From an uncultured Gemmatimonadales bacterium (lineage in GTDB: Bacteria; Gemmatimonadota; Gemmatimonadetes; Palauibacterales; Palauibacteraceae): DNA of 64,000 nt. Location of the stretch: NCBI GenBank assembly GCA_947259585.1, contig CAMYMV010000006.1:18025-82024 (forward strand). Direction: 5' to 3'. Made by a program: the position numbers and the translations under genes. A model generated the notes under the pieces. That model saw nothing but the letters and a program-made list of their open reading frames with translations, was not told the DNA's origin and made no database searches. Numbering within the stretch: the first letter of the stretch is position 1; each line of letters starts with the position of its first letter. Below are positions 36,923 to 46,831 of the stretch, piece after piece.

Positions 36923-37819
36923 TCAGCCGGACCCTCGATACCTCCGGCTCATATCGTCCAGAAACTCGCGCTCCTTCGGCGTGAGCGCCTCGATCCCGCT
37001 CTCGCGGATCTTGTCGAGGATCCGGTCCACCTCGTCGAGTCGATCTCCCTCGAGTCGACTGCGGCGCTTCGAGACGCGGCGAGACGGCTCTGCCGCTCCC
37101 CCTGGCGTCGTCTTGAGGCCTTTTCGCCGCCACCGCTTCCGGAGGTCTCCCAGACGCCCCGTGAGCCTGTCCCCGTACCTCAGGTAGAGAAACCCCGTGA
37201 CGAGGCCGCCCAGGTGGGTCCAGTGGGCCACGCCGTCCCTTGCCCCACCCAGGCTGGCGTAGAGGGAGAAGAAGGCCATGAAGCCCACGAAGTACTTGGC
37301 CTTCACCGGGAGGAGGAACCAGAGGTAGATCGGAGCGTCCGGCCACTTGAGGGCGAACGCGAGAAGCAGCCCGAATACCGCTCCGGAGGCGCCGATCACC
37401 GTCGGCGTGCCGATGAGCTGTATGAGGAGCAGCGAGAAAAGGGCGCCGCCCATGCCGGCGACGAGATAGTACCGAATGAAGTAGCGCTCGCCCCACGCCC
37501 CCTCGAGCGGCGGGCCGAAGAAGAAGAGCACCAGCATGTTCGCGAACAGGTGGAAGAAGCTCCCGTGCACGAACATGTAGGTAAGGGGCGACCAGGGGTG
37601 GATGAGAAGCCGGGCCGGAGAGAAGCCCAGAACATCCACGGCCCAAGGTAGCGGAACCAGGCCGAGGACGTTCACGACGAGGAACACCGCCGTGTTCGCC
37701 AGGAGAAGGCGCTTGACCCATGGCGTCATCATCCGGGAGAGAGCGCCGCCTCCGGCGCCCATCCGGAATCCCCCGGCCGCGCCGCCGGCCGCGCCGCCGC
37801 CCCGCTCCCAGGCGCTCAT
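36923..37819 (-). CDS. Rhomboid family intramembrane serine protease with C-terminal extension
   Basis: GASGAVFGLL is the catalytic Ser motif and HLGGLVTGFL carries the His. Six TM segments are present. The start is re-called to ATG 37819, which forms ATGA with the ddl stop. The track start at 37855 is 36 nt further upstream. Confidence 0.7.
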   Translation of the reverse strand: MSAWERGGGAAGGAAGGFRMGAGGGALSRMMTPWVKRLLLANTAVFLVVNVLGLVPLPWAVDVLGFSPARLLIHPWSPLTYMFVHGSFFHLFANMLVLFFFGPPLEGAWGERYFIRYYLVAGMGGALFSLLLIQLIGTPTVIGASGAVFGLLLAFALKWPDAPIYLWFLLPVKAKYFVGFMAFFSLYASLGGARDGVAHWTHLGGLVTGFLYLRYGDRLTGRLGDLRKRWRRKGLKTTPGGAAEPSRRVSKRRSRLEGDRLDEVDRILDKIRESGIEALTPKEREFLDDMSRRYRGSG

Positions 37820-38823
37820 GCTCTCTCCAGGGCGGCGTTCGCGATACGCTCGCACAGCTCGGGGAAGGAGATACCGACCGACGCGGCCGCCTTGGGGAGG
37901 AGGCTGGTCGAGGTCATCCCTGGGAGGCTGTTCGTCTCGAGGCAGTAGAAGACCCCGTCCGCCTCGCCCCGGACGAAATCAACCCGACCGAACGATCCCT
38001 GGCGCAGGACCCGGTGGGCGGTCAGCGAGAGGCGCGCCAGCTCCTCGGGTTCGCCGGGCTCGAGACGCGCGGGTACCTCGTAGCTCGTCATCCCCGGGGT
38101 GTACTTGCACTCGTAGTCGTAGATCTCGTGGCTCGGGATGATCTCCAGAACCGGGAGGGCTTCGTCCAGCAGAATCCCCACCGTGAGCTCTCGCCCCGGC
38201 AGGAAGCGCTCCACCAGCACATCGCGATCGTAGCGCGCGGCGAGCTCCATCGCGGCCGGCAGGTCGACGGCTTCGTGCACGACCGTGAGGCCGATCGTCG
38301 AGCCGCCTCCGGAGGGCTTCACGACGACCGGGAGCCCCAACGAGTCGACGATCTCTTCGGGCGCCCGGTTCCGGGGCGCCCACGGAGGGGTGGGGACACC
38401 GGCCGCCTGGAAGAGCTCTTTCGAGAGACGCTTGTCCATCGCCACCGCCGAGCCCAGCGAGCCGGTACCGGTGTAGCGGATCCCGGCGAGGTCGAGCATC
38501 GCCTGCAGCTTGCCGTCCTCGGCCGGGCTGCCGTGCAGCGCGAGGAAGACGACGTCCGCCTCGCGAACGACGTCCGCCTCTGTGATGCGGAACAGCGCCG
38601 ATTCGTCGAACGCCGCGTGCAGGGAAGCCATGTCGGGAGGGTCGATGCCCACCTCGGCCGGAAAGAGGTCAGCCTCTCGATCGGCGGGCACGTGGCCGGT
38701 CGCCGTGTCGACCGTGTGAACGGTGTGGCCGCGCGACCGAAGCGCCTTGAGCACCTCCTTGCCCGATGCGAGCGAGACCTGCCGCTCCTCGCTCGTGCCC
38801 CCGGTGAAGAGCGCGATCCTCAC
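37816..38823 (-). CDS. ddl: D-alanine--D-alanine ligase
   Basis: MRIALFTGGTSEERQVSLASGKEV ... ATP-grasp fold. Confidence 0.9.
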   Translation of the reverse strand: MRIALFTGGTSEERQVSLASGKEVLKALRSRGHTVHTVDTATGHVPADREADLFPAEVGIDPPDMASLHAAFDESALFRITEADVVREADVVFLALHGSPAEDGKLQAMLDLAGIRYTGTGSLGSAVAMDKRLSKELFQAAGVPTPPWAPRNRAPEEIVDSLGLPVVVKPSGGGSTIGLTVVHEAVDLPAAMELAARYDRDVLVERFLPGRELTVGILLDEALPVLEIIPSHEIYDYECKYTPGMTSYEVPARLEPGEPEELARLSLTAHRVLRQGSFGRVDFVRGEADGVFYCLETNSLPGMTSTSLLPKAAASVGISFPELCERIANAALERA

Positions 38824-38875
38824 GTCACTCCCACCCTGCCGCGGTAGACTCTCACCCCGGAACCGTCGCCTTCCA

Positions 38876-40252
38876 CTATGGAATCAGGTGGTGGATGACG
38901 TCGTAGCGCGTGAGGATCCCGCGCACCGATCCGTTCTCGGCCACGAGGATGGCCGGATTCTGGCGGGTCAGACGACTCGTGATCTCCGAGAGCTCGGCGT
39001 CGGCGTCGACGACGGGGAACGGTTCGTCCGCCACCTCCCGCACCTCGTTCGCCAGCCGGACCGGGTCCTCCATGACCGCTCCGAGCAGGGCCGACTCGTT
39101 GACCGATCCGACCGGCCGCCCCTCCTCCAGCACCGGAAGCTGCGAGATGTTGTGCTCTTCGATGAGGTCGAGAGCCTCGCGCACCGACGCCCTCGGGCCA
39201 ACGGAGACGAGGGGCGTGTCGTCCGCCTTGGACTCGAGCAGGTAGGCCGCCGTCACCCTCGCGGGACGGAACATCCGGTTCTCCGCCATCCACTCGTCGT
39301 TGTAGACCTTGGAGAGATAGCGCTCGCCGGTATCGCACAGGATGCAGACGATGCAGGCCTCGGGGTCGTCCACCTCCCGCGCCACGTCGACGGCGATCTT
39401 CACGATCAGCCCGGTCGAGCCGCCGGAGAACAACCCTTCCTCGCGCGTGACGCGCCGCGCCATGTGGAACCCATCGCGGTCGCATACCTGCCGGAACTCG
39501 TCGACGAGGTCGAAGTGGAGCGTCGTTGGGATCTTGTCGTTGCCGATCCCCTCGACCTTGTAGGGCGCACCGGGTTCCACTTGTCCCGTACGGTGATAGG
39601 TCGTGAATATCGAGCCGATCGGGTCGCCCGCGATGATCCGGACCTCCGGGTTTTGCTCCTTGAGATAGCGCGCCGCGCCAGAGATCGTCCCGCCCGTGCC
39701 CGGTGAGGCTATGAAGTGGGTGATCCGACCCTCTGTCTGCTCCCAGACCTCCGGACCGGTGGTCTCGTAGTGGGCCTGCGGATTCGCGGGGTTGTAGAAT
39801 TGGTCGGCCAGGATCGCATTTGGCCGCTCCTCGGCGATGCGCTTGGCGAGGTTGTTGTAGTAGTCCGGGTGGTCCGGCGGAACGGCCGAGGGCGTCACGA
39901 TCACTTCGGCGCCAAACGCCTTCAGAAGCCTCACCTTCTCCGTGCTCATCTTGTCGGGGATCGTGAAGATGCAGCGATACCCCTTAACGGCAGCCGCGAC
40001 GGCCAAGGCCACGCCCGTGTTGCCCGACGTTCCCTCGACGATCGTGCCACCCGGTCGGAGGTCGCCTGATTCCTCCGCCGCCTCGATGATCGCCAGGCTG
40101 ATGCGGTCCTTCACCGAGCCACCCGGGTTGAACATCTCGGCCTTCCCGTACACTGGCGTTCGAGCCCCGTCCGTGACCCGGTTCAGCCGGATCAGCGGCG
40201 TCTGGCCGATCGTCTCGAGGACGTTGTCGTAGGGCGTACCGTGTATCTTCAC
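38876..40252 (-). CDS. Cystathionine beta-synthase-like (PLP-dependent CysK fold plus tandem CBS domains)
   Basis: KIHGTPYDNVLETIGQTPLIRLNRV ... GSVKDRISLAI ... tandem CBS pair at the C-terminus. Start is GTG 40252 with AGGAACGGAG upstream. It forms GTGA with the stop of the upstream tonB-C gene. The track start at 40483 adds 77 aa. Confidence 0.8.
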   Translation of the reverse strand: MKIHGTPYDNVLETIGQTPLIRLNRVTDGARTPVYGKAEMFNPGGSVKDRISLAIIEAAEESGDLRPGGTIVEGTSGNTGVALAVAAAVKGYRCIFTIPDKMSTEKVRLLKAFGAEVIVTPSAVPPDHPDYYNNLAKRIAEERPNAILADQFYNPANPQAHYETTGPEVWEQTEGRITHFIASPGTGGTISGAARYLKEQNPEVRIIAGDPIGSIFTTYHRTGQVEPGAPYKVEGIGNDKIPTTLHFDLVDEFRQVCDRDGFHMARRVTREEGLFSGGSTGLIVKIAVDVAREVDDPEACIVCILCDTGERYLSKVYNDEWMAENRMFRPARVTAAYLLESKADDTPLVSVGPRASVREALDLIEEHNISQLPVLEEGRPVGSVNESALLGAVMEDPVRLANEVREVADEPFPVVDADAELSEITSRLTRQNPAILVAENGSVRGILTRYDVIHHLIP

Positions 40253-40662
40253 GGCGCTCCGTTCCTTTCTGGCATCGGATACCGGACAGGTAGCGTCGCC
40301 CAGACGGGCACGGGCCGCTCTCCCTGCCGAGCCGGCTTGTAACGTAGCTCGCGTGCGCCTGCCACGGCGGCTGAATCCAGGCTTCGGTGCCCGCTCGTCT
40401 TCTGAACAGCGACCGAGTCGACGGCGCCGGCGGTCGAGATCCGGATCCGGAGCACCGTCTCTCCGCCGATCCGGCTGGTCCACGCATCCTGCGGATACTC
40501 GAACGGGAGCTGCTCGTTCAGCAGCGTCGGCATGTGGAACGCCGAACCCTGGTCACCGACGGCGAGGCCGCCCAATACGGGCCTCATCGTCTCGCTGCAT
40601 CCCGACAGTAGCGCCGCCAGCGCGCAGAGCCCGAGAGGACCTCGGCTTCGCCCGCCGTTCAT
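40249..40662 (-). CDS. TonB C-terminal domain lipoprotein
   Basis: Signal peptide with lipobox LSGC. The C-terminal region PFEYPQDAWTSRIGGETVLRIRISTAGAVDSVAVQKTSGHRSLDSAAVAGARELRYKPARQGERPV matches the TonB_C fold. Confidence 0.6.
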   Translation of the reverse strand: MNGGRSRGPLGLCALAALLSGCSETMRPVLGGLAVGDQGSAFHMPTLLNEQLPFEYPQDAWTSRIGGETVLRIRISTAGAVDSVAVQKTSGHRSLDSAAVAGARELRYKPARQGERPVPVWATLPVRYPMPERNGAP

Positions 40663-43364
40663 CCCTCTCGGGCCTCCTCACCCGGCTCGGCGCTCCCGCG
40701 GCCTCGTTCTCCAGCTCCTGCGAGGCGTTTCAGCTCCGCCAGCGTGAGAAGCGCTTCGATCGGCGTGAGTCGCTCCGGGTCGAGCTCGGAGACCCTCGCC
40801 AGAAGCGTCTCTCCCGCGCTGTCCCGCCTGGCTCCCTCCCCCGAAGGCGCACCCGTCTCTTCCTCTGACTCGGCTAGCTCGGCTGAGTCGGCTGACTCGG
40901 CGAACAGCGAGTACTGCTCTCGATCCAACAATCCGGCGAGCCGGCTGCCGGCGCCCGATGGGCCGCCTTCCAGCTCGTGCAGCACGCGCGTGGCTTCGTC
41001 CAAAACCTCCCGTGGGAGGCCGGCGAGGCGAGCCACATGGACGCCGTAGGAGCGGTCGCTCCCTCCCGGCTCGAGGCGGCGGAGGAAGACGATCTCGTGG
41101 CCATGCTCCCGGACCGCCACGTTGGCCGGCACCACGCCAGCCAACAAATCGGCGAGCTCCACAAGCTCGTGATAGTGGGTGGCGAATATCGTCCTGGCGC
41201 CGATGCGGTCGTGGATGTAGGCGGTGACCGCCCAGGCGATCGAAACACCGTCGTACGTCGACGTTCCGCGGCCGATCTCGTCCAGGAGCACCAGGCTCCG
41301 CTCGGTAGCCGAGTTCAGGATGGTCGCGGTCTCGGTCATCTCGACCATGAAGGTGCTTTGGCCTCGTGTCAGGCTGTCCGAGGCGCCGACCCGGGTGAAG
41401 ACGCGGTCGCAGAGCCCGATCCGCGCGCTATCGGCGGGCACGAAGGAGCCGATCTGGGCCATCAGGACGATCAGACCTACCTGGCGGAGCACGGTGGACT
41501 TGCCCGCCATGTTCGGCCCGGTGAGCACCATCACGAACCCCTCGCGATCCAGCACGACATCGTTGGGAATGAACTCCTCGCGCGGCATCATCGTCTCGAC
41601 GACCGGATGCCGACCGCCGCGGATCTCGAGGCCGAACTCCTCGACGACTTGCGGACGTGTGTAACCGCCTCTCGCCGCCGCCGAGGCGAGCGCGGCCAAC
41701 ACATCCAGCTCGGCGACGCGACGCGCGGCCTCCTGGACCCTCTCGACGCGAGCAGCGATCGCCTCCCGCACCTCCCGGTAGAGGCGCGACTCCAGCTCGC
41801 CGATCCTCACGTCCGCGTCGACGATCTTCTCCTCCCACTCCATCAGCTCCGGCGTCACGAAGCGCTCCGAGCCGGTGAGGGTCTGCTTGCGCTGATACTC
41901 CTCGGGAACTCGATCCAGGTTCGGGCGCGTGACCTCCAGGTAGTATCCAAAGACCTTGTTGTGGCCGATCTTCAGGGCGCGGATGCCCGTTCGCCGCCGT
42001 TCCCGCTCCTGCAAAGAGGCGATCCATTCCACGGCCCCGGACCGCAGGCTTCGCAGCTCGTCCAGCTCGGCTGAATACCCCGATCGGATGACGCCCCCAT
42101 CGGCCAGGGCGGCCGGCGCGTCGGGCGCGATCGCCCGCTCCACGAGATCCCGGAGGTCGTCGAGCACGTCCAGGCTCCCGCACAGCTCCCCGACTCTCCC
42201 CTCTCTGCCGCTCCCCAGCTCGCTGAGGTGGGGCAGCTCCCCGAGTGACTGGCCGAAGCCAAGGAGCTCCCGGGGGGCGGCCCGGCCGGCAGAGACGCGG
42301 GTGGCCGAGCGCTCGAGGTCGCGAACCCTTCCGAGCCTCGCCCGCAGGGAGCCACGGAGCTCCGGGTTCTCGACCAGCGTCGCCAGGGCATCCTGGCGTA
42401 CGGCGATCCGAGCCGGATCGAGCAGGGGGCGCAGAAGCCAACGGCGCAGCAGGCGCGCCCCCATGGCCGTCCGAGTCCGGTCGAGCACGTCCAGGAGAGT
42501 CGCCCCTCCATCGGTTCGGAGTGGCTCGACGAGCTCCAGGTTCCGGCGCGTCATCTCGTCCAGATGCATCGCCAGACCCGATCGCTCCACCTTTGGAAAG
42601 CGCAGGTGTCCCAGACCGGCGGGCCGCACCTCCTCGAGATAGGCGACGAGCGCTCCGGCAGCCGACACCAGGTGCCGGTCCACGGCCGGTGCCAGGCCGA
42701 AGCCTTCGCTGCTCGCCACGGAGAATCGCCGGCGAAGCGCCTCTTCTCCGAAATCGGGATCGAAACGCCAGGCTTCGCGGCGTGTCACGGTCCAGCCTCC
42801 TTCGGGAACCTCCTCTCTGTCGGAGCCCACAAGCAGCTCGGCCGGCTCCAGACGCGCGATCGCGTCCGGCAGCTCGCCGGGGAGACACTCCTGAAGATCG
42901 AATTCGCCGGTCGACAGATCCGCCACCGCGATCCCCAGGCGGTCCGTCCCCGCAACACAGACGACGAAGTTGTTGCGCCGCGCGTCCAGGAGGACATCCT
43001 CGATCGCCGTCCCCGGGGTGATGACCGCGACGACTTCACGGCGCACCAGTCCCTCTGCCTCGGCAGCGTCCTCGACCTGATCGCAGACGGCGACGCTCCT
43101 TCCGAGGCTCACGAGCTTCGGGAGGTATTCGTCGACCGCCTTCGCGGGAACACCCGCCAGCGGCACGTCGGCGCTCGCCCCGTTGTTCCGGCTGGTCAGC
43201 GTGATGCCCAGCAGCCGGCTGCCCTCTTCGGCATCCTCGAAGAACATCTCGTAGAAGTCTCCGACCCGGAAGAAGAGGATCGATTCGGGGTGGCGTGACT
43301 TGACCTCCAGGTATTGCCGGATCAGCGGCGTGTGGGCGCCGGTCCCGAGGCTCTGCGAGGGCAC
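40659..43364 (-). CDS. mutS: DNA mismatch repair protein MutS
   Basis: HTPLIRQYLEVKSRHPESILFFRVGDFYEMFFEDA start, Walker A GPNMAGKST, TFMVEM and HYHEL motifs. The start is placed at GTG 43364 (GGGGA upstream, 18 nt after the SPOR-gene stop). The track start at 43751 overlaps the upstream gene by 370 nt. Confidence 0.85.
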   Translation of the reverse strand: MPSQSLGTGAHTPLIRQYLEVKSRHPESILFFRVGDFYEMFFEDAEEGSRLLGITLTSRNNGASADVPLAGVPAKAVDEYLPKLVSLGRSVAVCDQVEDAAEAEGLVRREVVAVITPGTAIEDVLLDARRNNFVVCVAGTDRLGIAVADLSTGEFDLQECLPGELPDAIARLEPAELLVGSDREEVPEGGWTVTRREAWRFDPDFGEEALRRRFSVASSEGFGLAPAVDRHLVSAAGALVAYLEEVRPAGLGHLRFPKVERSGLAMHLDEMTRRNLELVEPLRTDGGATLLDVLDRTRTAMGARLLRRWLLRPLLDPARIAVRQDALATLVENPELRGSLRARLGRVRDLERSATRVSAGRAAPRELLGFGQSLGELPHLSELGSGREGRVGELCGSLDVLDDLRDLVERAIAPDAPAALADGGVIRSGYSAELDELRSLRSGAVEWIASLQERERRRTGIRALKIGHNKVFGYYLEVTRPNLDRVPEEYQRKQTLTGSERFVTPELMEWEEKIVDADVRIGELESRLYREVREAIAARVERVQEAARRVAELDVLAALASAAARGGYTRPQVVEEFGLEIRGGRHPVVETMMPREEFIPNDVVLDREGFVMVLTGPNMAGKSTVLRQVGLIVLMAQIGSFVPADSARIGLCDRVFTRVGASDSLTRGQSTFMVEMTETATILNSATERSLVLLDEIGRGTSTYDGVSIAWAVTAYIHDRIGARTIFATHYHELVELADLLAGVVPANVAVREHGHEIVFLRRLEPGGSDRSYGVHVARLAGLPREVLDEATRVLHELEGGPSGAGSRLAGLLDREQYSLFAESADSAELAESEEETGAPSGEGARRDSAGETLLARVSELDPERLTPIEALLTLAELKRLAGAGERGRGSAEPGEEAREG

Positions 43365-43381
43365 GGCCGTCTCGTCCCCGC

Positions 43382-44176
43382 TTAGCCGGAGGCGGGGCCG
43401 GTCAGGACGACCACGGCCTCGAATCCGCTTCGGCGCACGCGCTCCGCGTAGAGGGCAGCCGACGTGAGGTGCATGAACCGGCCGGTCCGCACGCGGTGCA
43501 GACCGTCGTCGCCGCTCGTGACCACGTAGGTCTCGAAACCCGCGCTCTCCAGCCGGCGACGGATCATCTCGGCGCCCGAGGTCTCGCCGAACGCCCCGAC
43601 CTGTACGGCGAATACGGCGCCCCCTTGCTCGCAGGCTCTCAGAGCCTCCGCAACGACCGGGCGGGTGACGGAATCCACGGGCTCCGCACGCCTCCACGCG
43701 GCGCACGCGGCTTCCAGCTCGCCGAGCGCCTCCTGAGCATGGCCCGTCCACAGCCAGGACTCACCGATACGCGGGTCCGTGGGATGGCTGGACCGCAGGC
43801 GCTCCAGGTCGGCGAGCGCCCTCTCGGGCTCGCCCCGAAGCAGCCTGAGCTGGGCGAGCCGCAGGGACGCCTCGGGCGCGTGCGCGGCATCGCCCTCGAT
43901 CGCCACCCACACGTAATCCAGCTCAGCCGAATCCGGATCGGAGGCGAGGCGCGCCCTCAACAGGCGCGCCCGGGAGAGCTCGACGGACCCCGGCGCCTGG
44001 CTCGCGCCGTACCAGGCGCGCAGCGACGCCCGGGCCTCGTCCGTACGTCCGGAGTCCGCGAGCGCCTGCGCCCTGTCGAGCTCCGAGATGTCAGAGCCCG
44101 CCGTCTGAGCATCTGCGCGGCCGGCGCCGACGATCCACAAGGTGCTCGCCGCGACGACGAGGACGCCGGGCTTCAC
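43382..44176 (-). CDS. SPOR-domain peptidoglycan-binding protein with TPR-like N-region
   Basis: The C-terminal SPOR repeat is VFAVQVGAFGETSGAEMIRRRLESAGFETYVV..LHRVRTGRF. GTG at 44176 gives the signal peptide M-KPGVLVVAASTLWIVGAGRADA. It forms GTGA with the holA stop. Confidence 0.65.
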   Translation of the reverse strand: MKPGVLVVAASTLWIVGAGRADAQTAGSDISELDRAQALADSGRTDEARASLRAWYGASQAPGSVELSRARLLRARLASDPDSAELDYVWVAIEGDAAHAPEASLRLAQLRLLRGEPERALADLERLRSSHPTDPRIGESWLWTGHAQEALGELEAACAAWRRAEPVDSVTRPVVAEALRACEQGGAVFAVQVGAFGETSGAEMIRRRLESAGFETYVVTSGDDGLHRVRTGRFMHLTSAALYAERVRRSGFEAVVVLTGPASG

Positions 44177-45192
44177 GCGGCCTGTCCGACTTCGAGGCGC
44201 AGGGACAGCAGAAGCTCCTCGAGAGCCGCGCGGTCGCCGATGCCCGACTTGGAGTGCCAGTCGGCGTCTCTCATCAGCTGCAGGGCTCGCTCGAGCCCCT
44301 CCGCGTCCCATGCCCGCGCCTGCTGAGCGTAGATCCGTGCCTTCCACTTGAGGTAGGGCTTGCCGGCCTCGCTCAGCGCCTTGCCGAGCAGGCCCGCGCC
44401 GCCCTCGATGGCGATGCCGAGGCAGATGTGTTGGTCGATCATGGCCGCCAGCAGTCCGACGGCGCTCTCACGGCTGTCCGACAGCAGAGCGGGTAGCGAG
44501 GCGAGTGCGCCTTCGTATCGGCGCGCCGCGACCTGGTCCAGCCACTCCCAGCGGTTTACCTGGCGCACGTTGGGCACCAGACGATGGACCGCCTCCAGCG
44601 ATACACGACCGCCCTCCGCGGCGTGCGAGAGCTTCTCCAGCTCGCTCTCCAGCAGGCCGAGCTCGGGCCCGATCGCATCCGCCACCGCCTGGGCGGCTCG
44701 CTCTGACAACTCGTACCCGTGGCGTCCTCTGGCCTGCTCCAGCAGCCACCCGGGCAGCGCGTCCTCTCGGGGAACCCTCCACTCGTAGCTTCGGCACCGC
44801 TTGGCGAATCCCTTCATCGTCTTCTCGGCCTTCCCGGATGCGGGCCCGGCCGTGATCACGAAAGTGAGCTGACGCGGGAGAGCGTTGAGCACGGTGTCGA
44901 CGACCTTTGCCGCCGCCGTGCCGAGCTCTTGAGCCTCCACAAGCAGAACCACGCGCCGATCGCCCAACATGGGTGGAGTGTGCAGCGCGGCCGCGAGCGT
45001 CTCCGGATCCACGTCGTCTGCACGAAACCGGTCGAGGTTGAAGTCCCTGGTCGAAGGGTCGAGGGCGTGATCGACGATCCGGCGAGCGGCGGCATCGCGT
45101 TGCTGCGGCGCGTCGCCGAACAAGAAAAAGGCGCCTTCCACGTCGCCGCGGCTCAGCGCCTGCTGCAGTTGGTTATCCGGTGGCAGAGCCAT
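44173..45192 (-). CDS. holA: DNA polymerase III delta subunit
   Basis: GAFFLFGDAPQQRDAAARRI ... VVLLVEAQEL ... AAA+-like delta fold. Confidence 0.8.
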   Translation of the reverse strand: MALPPDNQLQQALSRGDVEGAFFLFGDAPQQRDAAARRIVDHALDPSTRDFNLDRFRADDVDPETLAAALHTPPMLGDRRVVLLVEAQELGTAAAKVVDTVLNALPRQLTFVITAGPASGKAEKTMKGFAKRCRSYEWRVPREDALPGWLLEQARGRHGYELSERAAQAVADAIGPELGLLESELEKLSHAAEGGRVSLEAVHRLVPNVRQVNRWEWLDQVAARRYEGALASLPALLSDSRESAVGLLAAMIDQHICLGIAIEGGAGLLGKALSEAGKPYLKWKARIYAQQARAWDAEGLERALQLMRDADWHSKSGIGDRAALEELLLSLRLEVGQAA

Positions 45193-45267
45193 CGGTGCTT
45201 CGGTCTGCGTTATGAGTGATGGGCGGTCGTAATCGTATCCGACGACCCGGGATGCCCGACGGACCGA

Positions 45268-45822
45268 TTAGCGCGACGGATCGCTCTCCAGCGCAGACGA
45301 CCCAGTCTGCACGAGGGGCACGAAGAGTTCTTCGGATCCCGATCGGCGTTCCCAGATCGTGGGAACGGCTCCCCCGACCCATACCCGCTCGTAGATCACC
45401 GGAGTGACGAACGGCCCGGGGCTGAACAGCGACGGCACCTCTGCGCTCGGCGCCGGGACGGTCACGGCCACCGGTGCGAGCTCGACCTCGACCGGAATCC
45501 TGCTCGCGAACGGGAGCCACACGACAGCAAGGAGCCCCACCGCTGCCATCGCGACCAGCGCGGCGCCGCCGCCGAGTCGTGAGCCCAAAACCGTGTGGTC
45601 GTCGATGTGGTAGAGGCGGTGCCGCAGGCGAGGAAGGAAATCGGGCGAGGCATCGGGTCGCGGAAGCTGTCGGAACAGGTCGATCCCCTGCCTGACCACG
45701 CGATGGTATCGCGCGCAGTCCGGACATTCTCGGAGATGGGAGTCGAAATCCCGAAGTTGTTCGGGCGTCCGAAGACCATCCGAGTAGTCGGAGTAACCTT
45801 TGAGAAACTCCCCACAATCCAT
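45268..45822 (-). CDS. Zinc-binding anti-sigma factor (ZAS, HxxxCxxC) with one TM helix
   Basis: MDCGEFLKGYSDYSDGLRTPEQLRDFDSHLRECPDCARYH contains the ZAS motif. A TM helix (AALVAMAAVGLLAVVWL) follows. The gene sits downstream of an ECF sigma gene. ATG at 45822 has GGGAGAGGG upstream. Confidence 0.6.
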   Translation of the reverse strand: MDCGEFLKGYSDYSDGLRTPEQLRDFDSHLRECPDCARYHRVVRQGIDLFRQLPRPDASPDFLPRLRHRLYHIDDHTVLGSRLGGGAALVAMAAVGLLAVVWLPFASRIPVEVELAPVAVTVPAPSAEVPSLFSPGPFVTPVIYERVWVGGAVPTIWERRSGSEELFVPLVQTGSSALESDPSR

Positions 45823-46019
45823 CACGGGCAACCCTCTCCCGGGCATCGGCACACTCCGGACAACCGTTCGCGCTTCCGACGCGAACCCGAAGGCCCGTCT
45901 ACGCTTTGGGAACCGGCGATTTCTACTCGTTTGGGCAGGGGGGGTTCCCGACAAAAAAGGGCGGCCTCGAGGGCCGCCCTTAAATGCGTGTCGCGATGTC
46001 GTCGGCCGCCGCTCGCCTG

Positions 46020-46655
46020 CTACTCGAGCATGGGCGCGATGATCTGGGCGAACTTGTTCCTTGCCCGGTTGAGGCGGGATTTCACGGTCCCGAGCGTCAC
46101 GCCGGTGATCTCCGAGATCTCCTCGTACGTCTTGCCCTCCATCTCACGCAGGACGAAGACGACGCGGTGATGCTCAGGCAGCTCCTCGACGGCCTTCTCG
46201 ACCTGCGCCCGCAGATGCCGCTTCCGGAAGAGGTCGTCCGGCGCGTACGACCGGTCCTCCCACTGCAGCGGACGGTGGTCGGCATCCCAGTTCTTCTTGA
46301 TCGCCTGGAAGAGCACCATGGGATTGCGCGACCGGTTCCTGAGCTCGTTCTTCGCCAGGTTGCTCGCGATCGTGTAGATCCACGTCGAGAACTTCTTGGT
46401 CGGATCGAAGCGATGCAGATGCCGGTATACCCGCACGAAAGTCTCTTGAACGAGATCCTCCGAGCGGTCCCGATCTCCGATCGTCCGGTAGATGAAGTTC
46501 AGAAGGCGGTCGTGATAGCGCCCGACCAACTCCTGGAACGCGAACCGCCCTCCATCGAGGTACTCGGCCACAAGCTCGGCGTCATTGAGCTCCTTGAGCT
46601 CGAGCCGGGACCGCGGCTCTCCCTTTGCATGCTGTACAGCCAGCGACTTCGGCAT
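46020..46655 (-). CDS. ECF-subfamily RNA polymerase sigma-70 factor
   Basis: Region 2 reads FQELVGRYHDRLLNFIYRTIGDRDRSEDLVQETFVRVYRHLHRFD. Region 4 is at the C-terminus. ATG at 46655 has GGGGAGGG upstream. The track start at 46811 adds 52 aa. Confidence 0.8.
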   Translation of the reverse strand: MPKSLAVQHAKGEPRSRLELKELNDAELVAEYLDGGRFAFQELVGRYHDRLLNFIYRTIGDRDRSEDLVQETFVRVYRHLHRFDPTKKFSTWIYTIASNLAKNELRNRSRNPMVLFQAIKKNWDADHRPLQWEDRSYAPDDLFRKRHLRAQVEKAVEELPEHHRVVFVLREMEGKTYEEISEITGVTLGTVKSRLNRARNKFAQIIAPMLE

Positions 46656-46831
46656 TCTGGTTGTACCCTCCCCATCGCTCGCCGGGTCGCGACGCGTTAC
46701 CGTCGCGGCTCCCTCTTCGCTGAGGTCTCCGTTACGAGCGACAGCTGATTGATCTATCTCAGACATCGGCTCCAAACGCTTCCCCGTCCCGTCTCCACCT
46801 ATAGGACGCACGAGAGTCGAGGTTTGTCACA

